A stretch of DNA of 64,000 bases. Source: Cenococcum geophilum (Eukaryota). The DNA is taken from positions 9,672,001-9,736,000 of the forward strand of contig CP158635.1 of assembly GCA_050273025.1 (NCBI GenBank), in the 5' to 3' direction. Below are positions 26,601-39,775 of this stretch, piece after piece. The position numbers and the translations under genes were made by a program. The number at the start of each line of letters is the position of its first letter. Within the stretch, counting starts at the first letter, position 1. The notes beneath the pieces are model-generated. The model saw only the letters and a list, made by a program, of their open reading frames with translations. It did no database searches and was not told the DNA's origin.

Positions 26601-29600
26601 CTTACCGGGGGTCCGCCACCTATCTATTATATAGTATAACTGCGGTAACATAAACCACCGTCTTGTAAGGCCTTTACTAGACGGTCTAGACCTAGAGAAA
26701 TATTATATCCTTACCATACAAGAGCCGTACTATAATACCTACATATAATCAATATACTGCCCCTAAGGATTCCAGCTCTTATATAAACCAAAAGCAGCCA
26801 TACGCGTGTACTTTATAATTAGTAAGGCTATTAGCCTATCCTTATAGTTATAGTAGGCAGTTAACCTAGATATTATAGTTATAACAATCCAGATATATAG
26901 GGGACTAGTATAAATTATTAATATATATAACCCTAGGGTTAAAGGGGTCCTATAAATAGAGAATATTATATTAGTAATAAGCTTGCTAAAAACCGAAGGT
27001 ATAGAGTCTATCCTACTAGAAGACATAAACCTCCACCACCCGCAGTAGGGGGGTATCTATATTGCTACTAATTAATAGGTAGAGTGCCTACTAAGAGCTA
27101 TAGACACCTAGGGCCTTAAGTTGGCCACCCCCTTAGGAGTAACTATATAGCAATAAGAAACCTCTAAAAGTATAATTAACCTTATATTTATAGACGAAGG
27201 CCTATACTAAAGACTTAAAAGGTGCAACCCTAAAGAAGAATAGGTACTTGCCTTAGACTATATCCCCATCTAAATACAGCTAGATTTAGATATTAAGGCG
27301 CAACTAAGTAGCAAAAAATATGTAATAAGGAAGCTTAAGATAGACAGTTTCCTTAATATAGTTAAATAACAACTCTAAGACCTAGAAGAAATCCACCTAA
27401 TTCCAAACAAGCAAGGCTTATTAGCCACCCCTAAGGAAATTAACTAAAGACTAGAAAGAATCTAGGTAGTAATTAAAAACGGGCTAAAAGAGTACTGCCC
27501 GGTCTTAAAACCGGGCCCCTATACGCAATATATATAGTCCGTATAATACGCGGTTCTTATTACTAGCTAATAATAAGCAAGAAGGAAATATATAAGTAGC
27601 TATAACCCTAAAGACAAGAGATAATATAAAGACATGAGAAACTAGTTAAAGAATACCCTAAAGAAAAAAGTAAGGAACAACTAGAGACGGTTTATAAACG
27701 AGTATACTTTTAACCTAAGCCTCCCCTATAATAAGGGCCTTTGGGCTATAGCAAAATAGGTAAAGAAAAAGGTAGGGCGCCTAGTAGAAAATTTATACTT
27801 ACTACCCCTATAAAGAGCAGGGGAATTATAGGCCACTAATAATAATAATAAGAAGGCAAAGATCCTTATAGAAAGGTTCTTCCCCTAACCAGCTCTAGCA
27901 GACCTTAGTAACATTACGGGTAAAACACCAGTGACTTACCTAAGGGTTAACAGCGATATAACAACAGAGGAAATGGCCAGAACTATTAGCCGCCTTTTAA
28001 ATAATATAGTACTAGGACCAAATAGGATTCTAAATAAGGCCTTAAAAACATATGGACCACTTATAGCACCTTAGCTTGCAGATATAGCTAGGGCATACTT
28101 TATTATAGGCTACTACCCATAACTTAGAAGAGCTATAACGACGGTTATTTTACGAAAAGAAGGTAAAGCAGATTACTTAATCCTAGGAAGCTACCGCCCT
28201 ATTGCCTTAGAAAACACCCTTAGCAAGATCTTAAAAAAGGTAATAGCGGACCGCATAGCAGATATGGCTAAGGAATACAACCTACTACTATAAAGCTAAA
28301 TAGGGGCAAGAAAGAACCGCTTAACACTATTAGCACTTACGCTACTCGCTACCACCATTAAATCCGCATAGGCGATGCGAAGGGACTTTATAGTATTAAT
28401 ACTCAGCCTAGATATTAGCGGCGCCTATAATAACGTACCCTATAAGCGTCTCCTATACATCCTTAAGGTAAAAGGCTTCCCAGAATAGATTATATAATTT
28501 GTTTAAGGGTTTATAGGTTAAAAAGAAATATTATTAGTCTTCAGCGGATACCAGAGCCCCCCTATTATAGTTATAACAGGAATACCATAAGGATTACCCC
28601 TCTCGCCTATACTCTTCCTTTTCTTTATAAGCAACCTACTTAACTCCTTTAAGGAAGGGGCGACCTAGGGGATAGGCTTTATTAATAATATAAACCTAAT
28701 TATATACAAGCTAACAGCCGCAAAAAATTATAGAACACTAGAGAAAGCTTATAATACCTATATAGAATAGGCAAGATAATATAGAGTCTAATTCTCACCA
28801 GAGAAATACTAGCTAATCTACTTTATAAGAAAACGTAACTAATCTATAGATCTCTAGTATATAATCTATATCTAAGGCTTTAGGGGTCAACTAGTTTAGG
28901 GTCTAAGGGTATTAGGAGTATAGGTAGATAGCAAGCTCCGGTAAAGCGTATATACGGTATAAGCGGCCCGTAAAGGCCAAGCACAGTATATCGCATTATC
29001 TAGGATTGTTAATTCTATATAGGGTCTATACTTCTAGAGGTCACGCCTACTATATATAGCAGTTGTCCGGCCAACTATAACGTATAGGTCCAGTATTTAG
29101 GCCATTAGAGAATCTAAGAAAGGTCCCCCTAAATCGCTCCTTAAACTACTTTAAAAGGTCCAAATAGCCTACCTCTAGAGCATAATAGGCGGATATAAGC
29201 GAACGGCCACAGTACTACTTAAAAAGGAAGCTAATATTCCCCCCCTATAACTATATATTAAAGCCGCTGTAATATAAAGGGCGTAAAATAAACGCAACTC
29301 TAATATTATAAAGTATATTAAAACACGCCTAAATAAACTATAGAGGGACCCTAGGGCGCCCTATAGGAGAACAAACCAATAACCCTAAAGTAGGGAAGAT
29401 ATATTAGAGAAACAGGTAAAGAAAGCAAAAGAAGAATAGTGCTGCTTTAGGGCCTAGGCCTATATAGAGGAGGAAGGAAGACGTATAAGAGGCCAGTAAA
29501 GACAACAGTAAGAAAAAAAAAGGAGTAAAAGTAGAGCATAAAAGAATGCTAGGAAACTATCTACTATAATATAACACTGGCTGAACCAACGCTAGAGAGG

Positions 29601-30330
29601 TATATAGGAGTTAAAGGTATAGAGGCTAACTAAGGCAAAAGGAACCCAAGCCGTAGTATAGTTAACGCTATAGGGGGTAAACACTTTAGGGCTCTAAGAA
29701 GGCCTAACAAAGGCAGAAAATATAATAGTAATACTCTTAAGAATAGGAATAATAGGACTAAAAGACTGGCTCTACTAGGTGGGTGTCCTAGTAGGTAGCC
29801 TAAGATGCGAATATAGCTAGCTAAGACAGACACCAAAACACGTAATACTATTATACCCCTTACGCACTAACCGAGAAGTAATACTCTTAGTAGCTAGCAC
29901 AGAGAACTATAATACACTACTCTTAATATAAAAAGGCCTTAAGGCGGTTACCCAGTGGCTTATTAGCTAAAATGTACTAAACTAGTTCTAGGTTATAAAG
30001 GAAATAGCAATAAAGGGCGGGGGGGTAAGCAACGGGCGCCCCCTAATAACTCTATAGTGGTAGAGTAAAGTTTATAATACTAGTGCGTCCGTAGGCTTAT
30101 TACGGCAGCAGTGGTTCCTAAGGAGGTTAAAAAGTAAGGTAGTAGAGCACCACAGGTGACTCGCAGGCGCCTCGCAGGCGCCTCGTAGGCGCCTTATAGG
30201 CGAGTCCTAAAAGGCGGGGAGATGGATTACGGGGTTTTCTCAAATAGAGTTTTCTCCCCATATGTATATAAGGAGTAGTCCGCGTGGGCCTAATAGGGAT
30301 CCAAATCGGACGTTAAGCAATGAATAATAA
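23669..30330 (+). mobile_element. Full-length Tad1-like LINE B (ORF1 ~24980-26500; ORF2 endonuclease-RT ~26600-29700), RIP-inactivated
   Basis: TSD TATTAACTAATTA at 23656-23668 and 30331-30343. ORF1 CCHC knuckles at ~25860-26020. ORF2 motifs IL*YNCG, IQEPY, GSYRPIALENTL, SLDISGAYNNV, TGIP*GLPLSPILF and GFINN (FVDD). Confidence 0.95.
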
Positions 30331-32199
30331 TATTAACTAATTAAGAATATTATAGTAAAGATAGTATCTAGTATATAACCCTTACTATAAGCCTTTAGAG
30401 TATAGTTAAAGAAATATATAGGGGAGGTAAAGGAAACCTAGTAATCCTTTTAGGTGTAAAAGGCCTTATAGTTAATACTAAACTAGATTAACTATAGAGT
30501 TATATATAATAAAAAGAAAAGGTTAATCTAGTAAAAGGCTAATAAGCGACCCTAAGGGGGTATAAAGAATAGTAAAATAGGTATATATAGCGGACGGGAA
30601 GCTAAAGGCTTTACTATAGTTTTTACTTATTAGTAGACTAGGAGAAAAAACCCTATACTATAATAATAAGGAGAAGACTACTATCCTTATAGAGTATTTC
30701 TTCCTGCTACTTATAGAGGCGGACCTTAGTATTATACTAGATTTTATATACCTAAAGCTATAAACTATAAAGAAAGAAGTAGAAGAGGAGGATATTATTA
30801 TAGTTTTAAAGGGGCTTACCCCTAATAAGGCCCTAGGCCTAAAAATAATTACTAATTAATTCTTTAAAATATATAAAGAGTAGCTAGCCCTAGTGCTAGC
30901 TAAGCTCTTTAGCAGCTATATATTACCTAAAGCTATTTAAAAACTCTATTATAGTAGTTCTTTAAAAACCATAAAAGCTGTTTTATACTATAGTAAAAGC
31001 CTACTAGCTAATTATGCTGCTTAATACTATTAGGAAACTACTTAAAAAAGAAATAGTAGCTAGTTAGCTATCTAGAATTATAAAAAAGAAAGATATACTA
31101 CTAGCTAGCTAAATAGAAATAAGGCTAGGGCGCTTAATATAGATAGCGCTAGAGCTATTAACCTAATAGGTATATATAGTATAAAGGAGTAGCCTAAACC
31201 TAGTAGCCTAACTATTTAGCCTTAATATTTCTAAGGCCTTTAACTAAGTTTCTTATAAAAGAATAATCTATAATATAAAGGCCTAGGCCATACCCTATTA
31301 GATAGTATAGTTTATAAAGTCCTTCCTTAAGGATTAAATAACAAGGCTCTTAATTAGGGGCTATATAGCATAAATAATATATATAAATATTAGTATACCC
31401 TAAGGCTTAGTACTACAGTATTTAGGTTTATTAATAACTCTAATACACTAATATATAGTAAAACTATAAAGGAGAACTGTAAAGCCCTAAAAAGGGAGTA
31501 TAAAGTATATATTATATAGGCACGCCAATATAGGGTAGTATTTACCCCTAAAAAGTATTACTTTATCCACTTTATAAGGAGCTATAAGAAGTTTAATATA
31601 AAGCTATAGTTAATATATATAGCTTTATAGAGGGCCTAGTTAGTAACCTATTTATACTAAAGGTATAGATTAACTTAAAGCTTAAATAGGGGCCGTATAT
31701 TAATATTATTAAGGTAAAAATGGTTACCTAAATAGCCATACTAACCTAGCTTATAGCCTTTATATAGGGCGCCTCCCTTTAAAAGGTGTAGATAATATAC
31801 TCTACTATAGTTTAGTTAGTAATTTTATATAGATATAATACTTAATACTTACTACTAGAGTAGATAAAGCCTAAGGAGATAAGTAAAACTAAGCTATACT
31901 AGATAGGTATAGTATAGAACTTATGCCTTTACACTATTATAAAGTATATAAATTAATACTAATAGTAGTACTTAAGTATAAGATAGAGTTTCCGCCGCTC
32001 TAGATATACTTAAAGGAGCTAGCTATAGTCTATATAAAGAGAATATATTAAGAGGGAATATAATACTATATAGTCTATAATAGCCTACTAGCTTTAGCCT
32101 AAAATAAAGCTATTAATATAGCCTACTAAATAGGATAAGCTTAAAAGGATAGTAATTACTATTCTAGGGATATATATATATATAGCTAATAGACCTATC

Positions 32200-32392
32200 T
32201 GTGACGGCGCTGGAGCGCGTCACCTAGTCAGGGGTTCGCTTAAGACTTGGCATGTGTATATAGACGTGGCCTCACCACCTTCTCTTGCTCCTTAGCTTAA
32301 TATCTTCGTAATACAGCATTCGTTCGCTTGATCTTGCAAGCATTCGTTCAAGTCTCTGTTGAGACATTTGTTCGATAGTTTGAGCCGTTATA
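32200..32392 (+). mobile_element. Solo LTR (193 bp), gypsy-type, little RIP
   Basis: TGTGACGG...CCGTTATA termini with TSD CTATC (32195-32199, 32393-32397). Confidence 0.92.
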
Positions 32393-33779
32393 CTATCTAT
32401 AATATATTATAGAAGGAGTAGAAGGGCTAGAGTATAAGAAATATTTAAAAAGTAATAAGAAAAGGAGTAGAAAAAATACTAAAGTATACTTACTTACTAT
32501 ATAATAGCCTAGGCTAAGCTATAAAGTAAAATAGGGTTTAAATGCTATATAAGGCTTATTAAAGTAAAGAGTATAATTAATATGCTACTTAGAACTAAAT
32601 ATATAAAGCCTAATAGATATCTTTGCTATTAAAAAGTATTAGGGTACCTACTCTAGCCTACTTACTCTAGCTATAACTAATAACTAATAATATATATAGT
32701 AGTATTCTACCCTAAATATACTACCGGCTAAGCGGAAATATATTACTATACTAAAATATTCTTATATAGAGAGCTCCTAGCTAACCTAAAGGCTACTAAG
32801 GTAGTTATAGATTAGCTTATATAGATAAACCTCCTACTATACCTCTTACTAGCTAGAGAGCTAGCTTAAGTTAAAAGAAAAAGCTAAAAAGTACTTTAAA
32901 AAAAAGGAGGATAAATACTATAGGTATTATAGAATATAGTAGAATATTATAGGCATAGTAGAGTATAGTAGGTAACGCGCTATAATACTATTATACTAAT
33001 ATTCCTTTTTTAGAAAATAAAAAAGTAATAAAAAAAGTAATAGCCCTATTAGGCTTATAGGCTATAGAGCTATAGATAATAATATAGACGGTAGTATATA
33101 TAATATATATTAAATCCCTATAACCCCTATTTTATATCTACCTCCTTATTACTAAACTTACTACTAGCCTTCTATACTATTATCCTTATAAACTGCTAGT
33201 TTATATTCTATTTAAATAACTAAAGTAATTAGAAATAGAACCTAGGCCCTAACTATATACCTACTAGATAGACTTAGGAGTATATATTAAGATAACTTTT
33301 CTATAGCGCCTTAAGGAGACACCTACTTATACTTAATAGTTACTAATTAGAAAAGAGGTTATATAGACTATATAATAGTAGAAGAAGAGGTATTATTTAG
33401 CTCTAGCTATATAGTTTCCCTTTTATATATTATATAGACCTATATAGACATACTATATAGACCCTAACGGGAGCCGCAATAGTATAATTAAATATCTTAT
33501 CTTTTTATAGAGTTAATTAATATATTAATAGGTATAAGATAAGATATTCTATATAGTATATCTAGTATTAAATTAAATACTTATTACCTTTTTAAGCCAT
33601 TTAATAACTAAGTAATATAAAGCTTATTACCTTATAATAGGCGTTTATATAGGTAATTATATAACATTTATAGAGCTATTTATAAAGCTATCTATAAAAA
33701 TAATTATATAACAATTAATTGTATAGGTAGTTATATGGCCAATTATAGAACCTTCCTAATACATTAGTGCTGCGTGTTA

Positions 33780-34410
33780 GTAGAGCTTTAGGGCTCTATA
33801 TAGGGTTTCGGGCAGAGCTTCGAGCAGAGCTTCGACCAGAGCTTTAAGTGGAGCTTTGAGCAGAGCTTCGAGCAGACCCTCGAGCAGAGCTTCGAGCGGA
33901 GCCTCAAGGAGCTTCGAGCGGAGCCTCGAGCAGAGCTTCGAGCAGAGCTTCGAGCAGGGCCTCGTGCAGAGCTTCGAGTAGAGCCTCGTGCAGAGCTTCG
34001 AGCAGAGCTTCGAGCAGAGCTTCGAGCAGGGCCTCGTGCAGAGCTTCGAGCAGAGCTTTGAGTAGAGCTTCGAGCAGAGCTTCGACCAGAGCTTCGACCA
34101 GAGCTTCGACCAGAGCTTCGACCAGAGCTTCGACCAGAGCTTCGACCAGAGCTTCGACCAGAGCTTCGACCAGAGCTTCGACCAGAGCTTCGACCAGAGC
34201 TTCGACCAGAGCTTCGACCAGAGCTTCGACCAGAGCTTCGACCAGAGCTTCGACCGGAGCTTTAAGCAGAGCCTCGTGCAGAGCCTTGTGCAGAGCTTTA
34301 TATAGAGTTTGTATTCGTGCAGGCGTTCGTGCAGACGTCGTGCAGGCTTCGTGCAGGCCTCGTGCAGGCTTTCGTGCAGGCTTTCGTGCAGGCGTTTATG
34401 CAGGCAGCGG
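33780..34410 (+). repeat. 12-bp minisatellite (AGAGCTTCGACC / AGAGCTTCGAGC)n
   Basis: Homogeneous core at ~34075-34255; the unit is related to that of the 18232 array. Confidence 0.98.
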
Positions 34411-35543
34411 AAGAGCAATAAAGCAGGTAATAAGGCCCAGAGTTAGTCTAGATACAATACATTAGCTATTTAGGTATTTATCTACTATAAATATTAAGGA
34501 TTGGTAATGGTTAATAGCTCTAGCTAAATATTTACTATTTTAGTAGTAATATTTAAGGCAAAATGTAGCAGTAACCATAACGCCGTTTATAATAATTTTG
34601 GTAGCGTTAGAATTGCCTTATAAAGCTCTAGAATATAACGTTGGCCGATTATCTATAAAGGCGTTAGTTTATTATTAATTAATAGTAGTAGAGTTTTAAG
34701 CAGAGCTTTAAAGGGAAGATTCGCTTATTTAAGGCAAAATGTAGTAGTAACCACCAGGCCGTTCGCAATAATTTTGGTAGCATTAAAATCGCCCTATAAA
34801 GTTCTAGAACATAACGTTGGCCGATTATTTATAAAGGCGTTGGTTCGTTGTTGATTAATAGCTAAATAATTTAGTATGGCGCGCGAGTTTGTATAAGAAT
34901 TACATACAAATTGGCGCGAGGGACTAACAAATTTCCGAACCGTGTACCAGACGACAACAACATAAGATGATTAATCTGTTATGTAAGCAGCTTATGATTG
35001 GTTGATCGTCTGGGACCGAGATAAGGTATGGCCAGCTTGGGGGTGGATTACGTTAATAGTCCTCTTCTCCTTCTTCTTCTTAGCTTTGTATTCTTATATA
35101 GTAGCAATCTATAAGCTTTAGTTTAGAGGCATTTATATAAGCCCGTTATATTATACTAAGCTCTCCCTATATAGCTTAGGAAGGCCTCTATAATATCCCA
35201 CTCTAAAAAAAACCTCATTTATAATAATACGTTAACGCGTTATACTCGGACACTAAATACTATATACAGCCTAGGGAGGCCCTAATAATATCCCCCCCTT
35301 ATATGCCAGACTGTACTTAACCTAGACCCTAGTATTAAAAACGAATTATATAATACTAATAAATCCCTAAGTAGCTAATAATAGTACCTAAAGTAAGCTT
35401 ATCTAAAAGAGCTATCTCTACTTAAGAGGAACATAAGATTTAGTTAGGATTAGAAATTAAAGACAATAATAACACTCTAGATTTGCGTAAGTAGATTTAT
35501 AATCTCGCGGCTAAATAGGTAGCTAATTGCCTTATAGCCTAAG

Positions 35544-35644
35544 TGTAACGGGCTCTCCTAAAAGGTACATATTAGGTAAGACAGATATTAGTAAAACCTT
35601 TATCTGTCTTATCTAATATGTACCTTTTAGGAGAGCCCGTTACA
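35544..35644. mobile_element. 101-bp palindromic mini-element with TG..CA ends and 5-bp TSD
   Basis: 44-bp arms with one mismatch, 13-nt loop, TSD CTAAG (35539-35543, 35645-35649). Confidence 0.9.
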
Positions 35645-37131
35645 CTAAGCTATATAAAAGACTCCTGATAATATCCTAAAGAGCCTTACAGTTTTATAAA
35701 ATAGCTTAGTCTCCTTTATTAAAAGCCCTAGTTAACCTATTCGCTCTACTAAATATAATACCCTAGGTAGTACGAATATAATAGCGAAGTAATTAAAATC
35801 TATTAAGCTCTCTAACCTTTAACCGCTATCTAACGGGATAGATCTTACCTTTAAGAATTAGAGGATCTAAGTATAAGGAAAGCTCCGTATTAACCACAGC
35901 TATTTCCCCTTTAAAGAAGCGAAAATACTTTACCTCTTTGGTTAAACCATTGGGGATGCCTAGTAATACCTTTAGGCTAAATTTAAGGATAAGTTATCTA
36001 TTTAGTTTATATCTATTAATAAGATAGTACAGCACCTAGCTACTATTTATATTAATCCAAATAAAGTACTAGATGCCTATTATAACTATAATCGCCTAAT
36101 AATAAAATTAAACCAATTCTTTGCCAAGTTCTAGACTTAACTTTTATACCTAGTAGGAAAAGGCTAGGTTCCCCTTAAGAACTATTGTTTAGACCTATAT
36201 AATAAGCTAATGGTCTAATTATAAAAGAAGATCGCGATAGCCTTAGACGACCTATTAACCTACTAAAGACTTATAGCCTAATATTTATTATTAGATTTAG
36301 AACTAAAATAAATTAATACTTATTCTAATTAACTAAAGCGGCCCTATAGTAACCGGAACCTATCCGTTATACTAATAGGAGCTAGCGTTAGAAGATAAAC
36401 TATAACTGCCCTTAATACTAAAAGCGGTTATAATACTTACCTATAAGCCTTACCCGATCCGCTACATACTATATCTTTAGCTAATACTTATTATAATACC
36501 CTAATTAACCCTACCACGGTTACGTACTTTAATTGCGGAAAGGATAGTTACTTTATATTGTTCTACCTAGAGCTAAAGGATATAGGTAATATTAAGGAGA
36601 TAGAGAAAGAAGAAATATCTAATAAGTTGGAAAAAGAAGGACCCTAGGGAAAGACTCCCCCCTAAGGTATCCTATTAATCTTAAAGAGATTAATTTAAGT
36701 TAGCTAATAGGTAGAAAATACTTTACAGTTCTATGTATAGTATCTTAAAATAGATATAGAGTTAATATAACTGCCCTTATTAACACTAAAGTAAATATCT
36801 TTACCTTTATAAACACTACTTATATAAATAATATTGCTAAGTTCTTAAATATAAATGCTACCTAACTAGAGAAGTCTATTTAAGTAAAAGGCTATAATAG
36901 CTAAGCTAGTAAGCCGGTTACCTATATTTTAAAACTATATATCTTTATTAATAGACGATGCTAATATAGTATCCCCTTTTATATTCTAGACCTAGGGTCC
37001 TATAATATAATCCTTAGCCGAAAATAGATATTCTACTTTAATATTTGGCTAAATATATAATAAAGATAGTTTGTCTAGCTGGAGAATAGACTAAAACTAC
37101 CCTCCTTTATTAGAGAAATTTAAACTAACTA

Positions 37132-39627
37132 GAGTATTTAAGGGGGTAATCGGAATTGACGGGGTAATCGGAATGGCCCATGCAGAGGAAAATTAAAAAT
37201 GTCGGAGAATGCCGTTTGTATAGAAAATCGTATACTAATTACATTCAATCGCATTCACTTCTTGCTTAGGAAACTTTTAGCATGGTGTTAAGGCCTTAGG
37301 AGGCCATAGAGCGGGCTAGAATACACAAAAATGCCCCCTCTACCTATTTTTTGTACTGCACGTTTATTAGGCGGCACTATATTTACTTAAATTACACCCT
37401 TAATACTATCTAATAGCCCAAAATCCTCTATATACTTATTAAGCTCTAATTATTTGTCATATTCCTCCTTATCTAGCTTATTCTTATTATTAATTTCCTC
37501 CTATAAAGGCTAAGAGAGGAGTATAGCTAATAGAGCGTCTGCAGCCTTCTACTTGGCAGCAGCCTTATCTGCTATATCTTTCTTTAATATAAACAGAATT
37601 AAAGTCTTAGCTAACGCACGCTTAAGCCGTTTAATCTCTCAGTTTAATACTACAGTAGGATTTTATAGGTGCTTCCTAACAGCTAAATCTAGGTTCTTCT
37701 CTACTGCTTTATAGGCCTATTTAGATGCGTTTATCTCCTTAATAGATTCGTCCTTTACCTTCTGTAGTTAAGCCCTTTTACTATAAGCGGCCTTCCTCCT
37801 CTCTAAGGCCTCCTTCTTAGCCTTATTAAGCTCTTATTTAATCTACTTTTGGGCCTAACAGAGCTCCTTAGCCCTTTATTTCTGGAGTTTTATAGCAGCC
37901 TTAGCGTTTAGAATTCGTCTTATTTTAGCAGTGAAAATATAGTATAATTTTATAAGGACTGAGTTTCGTGCTGCCCTCTTCTTCTTAGCCTTTATAGCAG
38001 TAGTAGCTAGCTCCTTATTACGCTCTTAAAGGAGCCTAATTTCTTCCAATTGGACCTATATAGTAGCTAGGAGCTTCCTAGTGGCCAACTCTTGAATTTC
38101 TGGTATTGCAGAGGGGTGAGAAATGGTTGCTTAGTACTGTGTTCTATTACTTTCTATAGAGGGTATTCTAGGATATATTGGTGACGAAAGAAGCTGTAGA
38201 GCGGCTGCTTAATTTAGCGGAGGAGTAGCAGCTCTCCTAGCAGCTTAAGTACTGCGCAGTTTACTTAATATTCTTTTAGCATTAATAGAATAGATTCTAG
38301 CGGCCTTAAATAACTTTTTAACATATTATGGAGTATATACTCTCTCTTAAATCTGCCTATATAATTCTAGTAACTCCCTTTAAAATATACTTATTAACCT
38401 TATTAGAATAGGCCTTTTTAAGCACGCTAAAGAGACACCGGTCTAAAGGCTGGAGATTATACGTAGAATATAGAGGCAGGTAGAAGGGAATTATCTTTAC
38501 TTCCTTATAGTATTAGATAAAGTCCAAGGAGAGGTGCGATATATGGCTATCTATTAGAAGAAGCCTCCAGCCGTATAGCTTACTGGCAGCCTCTTATTCC
38601 TTATAAATATCCTCCTAATAGTCCTCTCGGCGGGAATATATATTAAAATGCCTTATTTAATTAGATGTATGGCTCTAGTCGCTCTAACCATTATTAAAGA
38701 CCGCTATTTTACAGTCTGGCACTAATCTAAGAGTTTCTTAGGCTATATAGGTTATAATAACCTTCCCTTTAAAAATAAAATAGGATGGTATTAATCCACC
38801 TACGGTATTAATAGATGTAATCTTGCTAACCCACTTTTAATTACCTGGCATAATAGGTTATATAAAGGAACTATGCAGAACGACTTTCTTAGAGGCATAG
38901 GCGTACCCTATTTAGTATCCTATTTTATCTATATTCTAACAATTAGGTGCCTCTATATAGTATTTTATATAGGTGGCCTCTAACTTATTAAAGAACCTTA
39001 TATATACCGGTAGATTGTTATTTACAGTAGATCTCTCTATTTTAAGATACTAAGCATATTAAACTTAAAAGGATTGATGGCGTTTTAAGTATAAATCTAC
39101 CTATTTAATACTGAGGAATGCCTGGCTATTATCCTAGCCGCTATTATAAAGCTGCTGTTTATATACACTAAGTGCAATCTTATGGATTTGGGCCTTCTTA
39201 AGAGGAAAGCGATGCTCTAAGAGGAATATATAATATCTTTTAATTGCGGACTTGGACTCTAGGCTTAATTTCTACTGGAATTAATGCGCTTACTAATAGG
39301 ATAACGTCTTTCTAGCTATATGATTAAGAATAGTCTTAGGTCGGATTCTATAGGCATTTGCAGATGCAGAAGGGGTACTAAAGTGCTTAGACTTGTAAGT
39401 AGCAATTATTTCTTATATTATCTGCTCTTTTAGAGGTTCTTGGCGCTTAGGGGGCATAGTAAGGTAGTGTATTAGGCCGTAAGAGAGAGGTGTGAGCATT
39501 CGAATCGGTTAATATTTTGGTGTGGGCGGCAGAAATAATTATTCTAGCCAATTAGAGCAGGGCGGTAAAGCCTCTATATAAGCCATTCCGATTACCCCAT
39601 TAATTCCAATTACCCCCTTAAATACTC
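37132..39627 (-). mobile_element. Complete pogo/Fot1 DNA transposon (2.5 kb) with RIP-inactivated transposase
   Basis: ~46-bp TIRs GAGTATTTAAGGGGGTAATCGGAATTGACGGGGTAATCGGAATGGC with TA TSD. ATG at 39457. Motifs NC*NIDKIG, RLLLIDSH and YLPLYSTYNLQPLD. Confidence 0.95.
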
Positions 39628-39775
39628 TATAAAATATTAGCCGCGAAGGCTAACCCTATCTATTAATAGGATATTAGAGACCGCGACCTAGCCTTTACCT
39701 AGGATGCCCGCCATAAGGCTAGTAGAAACTCTATACCAATAATAATACTCCCCTAAAGCACTATAGTTAAGAAGG

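Larger units (their letters stand above)
21100..32990 (+). mobile_element. Tad1-like LINE A (older, heavily RIP-mutated), interrupted by LINE B and a solo LTR
   Basis: ORF1 knuckles TQCFKY*GLNYIAKSY at ~22020. Endonuclease LLGDFNLYYPF*GG at ~23250. RT motifs resume after 30344 (KALGL, AY*LIMLLNTIRKLL, LNISKAFN, SIP*G). Ends approximate. Confidence 0.85.
17808..35024. mobile_element. Unclassified TIR element with 8-bp TSD, hairpin ends and two 12-bp minisatellite arrays, inflated by nested LINEs and LTRs
   Basis: TSD GGTATGGC at 17800-17807 and 35025-35032. TIR TTRTCTCGKTCCCAGAC. A second inverted block GTCTGGTACACGGTTCGGA..TTTGTTAGTCCC lies ~80 bp inside each end. Confidence 0.85.
17394..35053. 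mobile_element. Fold-back pogo-family MITE, ~435 bp of own sequence (17394-17807 + 35033-35053), split by a 17-kb insertion in its right TIR
   Basis: Termini ACRTAATCCACCCC(T/C)AAGCTGG at 17394 and inverted at 35053, each flanked by TA. Arms ~17425-17575 and ~17645-17807 are reverse complements. Confidence 0.9.
17247..39775 (+). mobile_element. Ty3/gypsy element broken by nested insertions: 5' LTR split into 17247-17393 + 35054-35150; gag-protease 35151-37131 and 39630-39775
   Basis: LTR start tgtgacggtgctggagcgcgtcacc matches the solo LTR at 32200; LTR end is gcccgttata. Zinc knuckle TYFNCGKDSYF (CxxCxxxxH) at ~36520-36570. Protease ALINTKVN (ALIDTGAN) and LDLGSYNIILSRK at ~36770-37025. Confidence 0.8.

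Noticed and set aside
33777..34465. SKLW / RAST repeat ORFs
   Set aside because: Same artefact, from the second 12-bp array.
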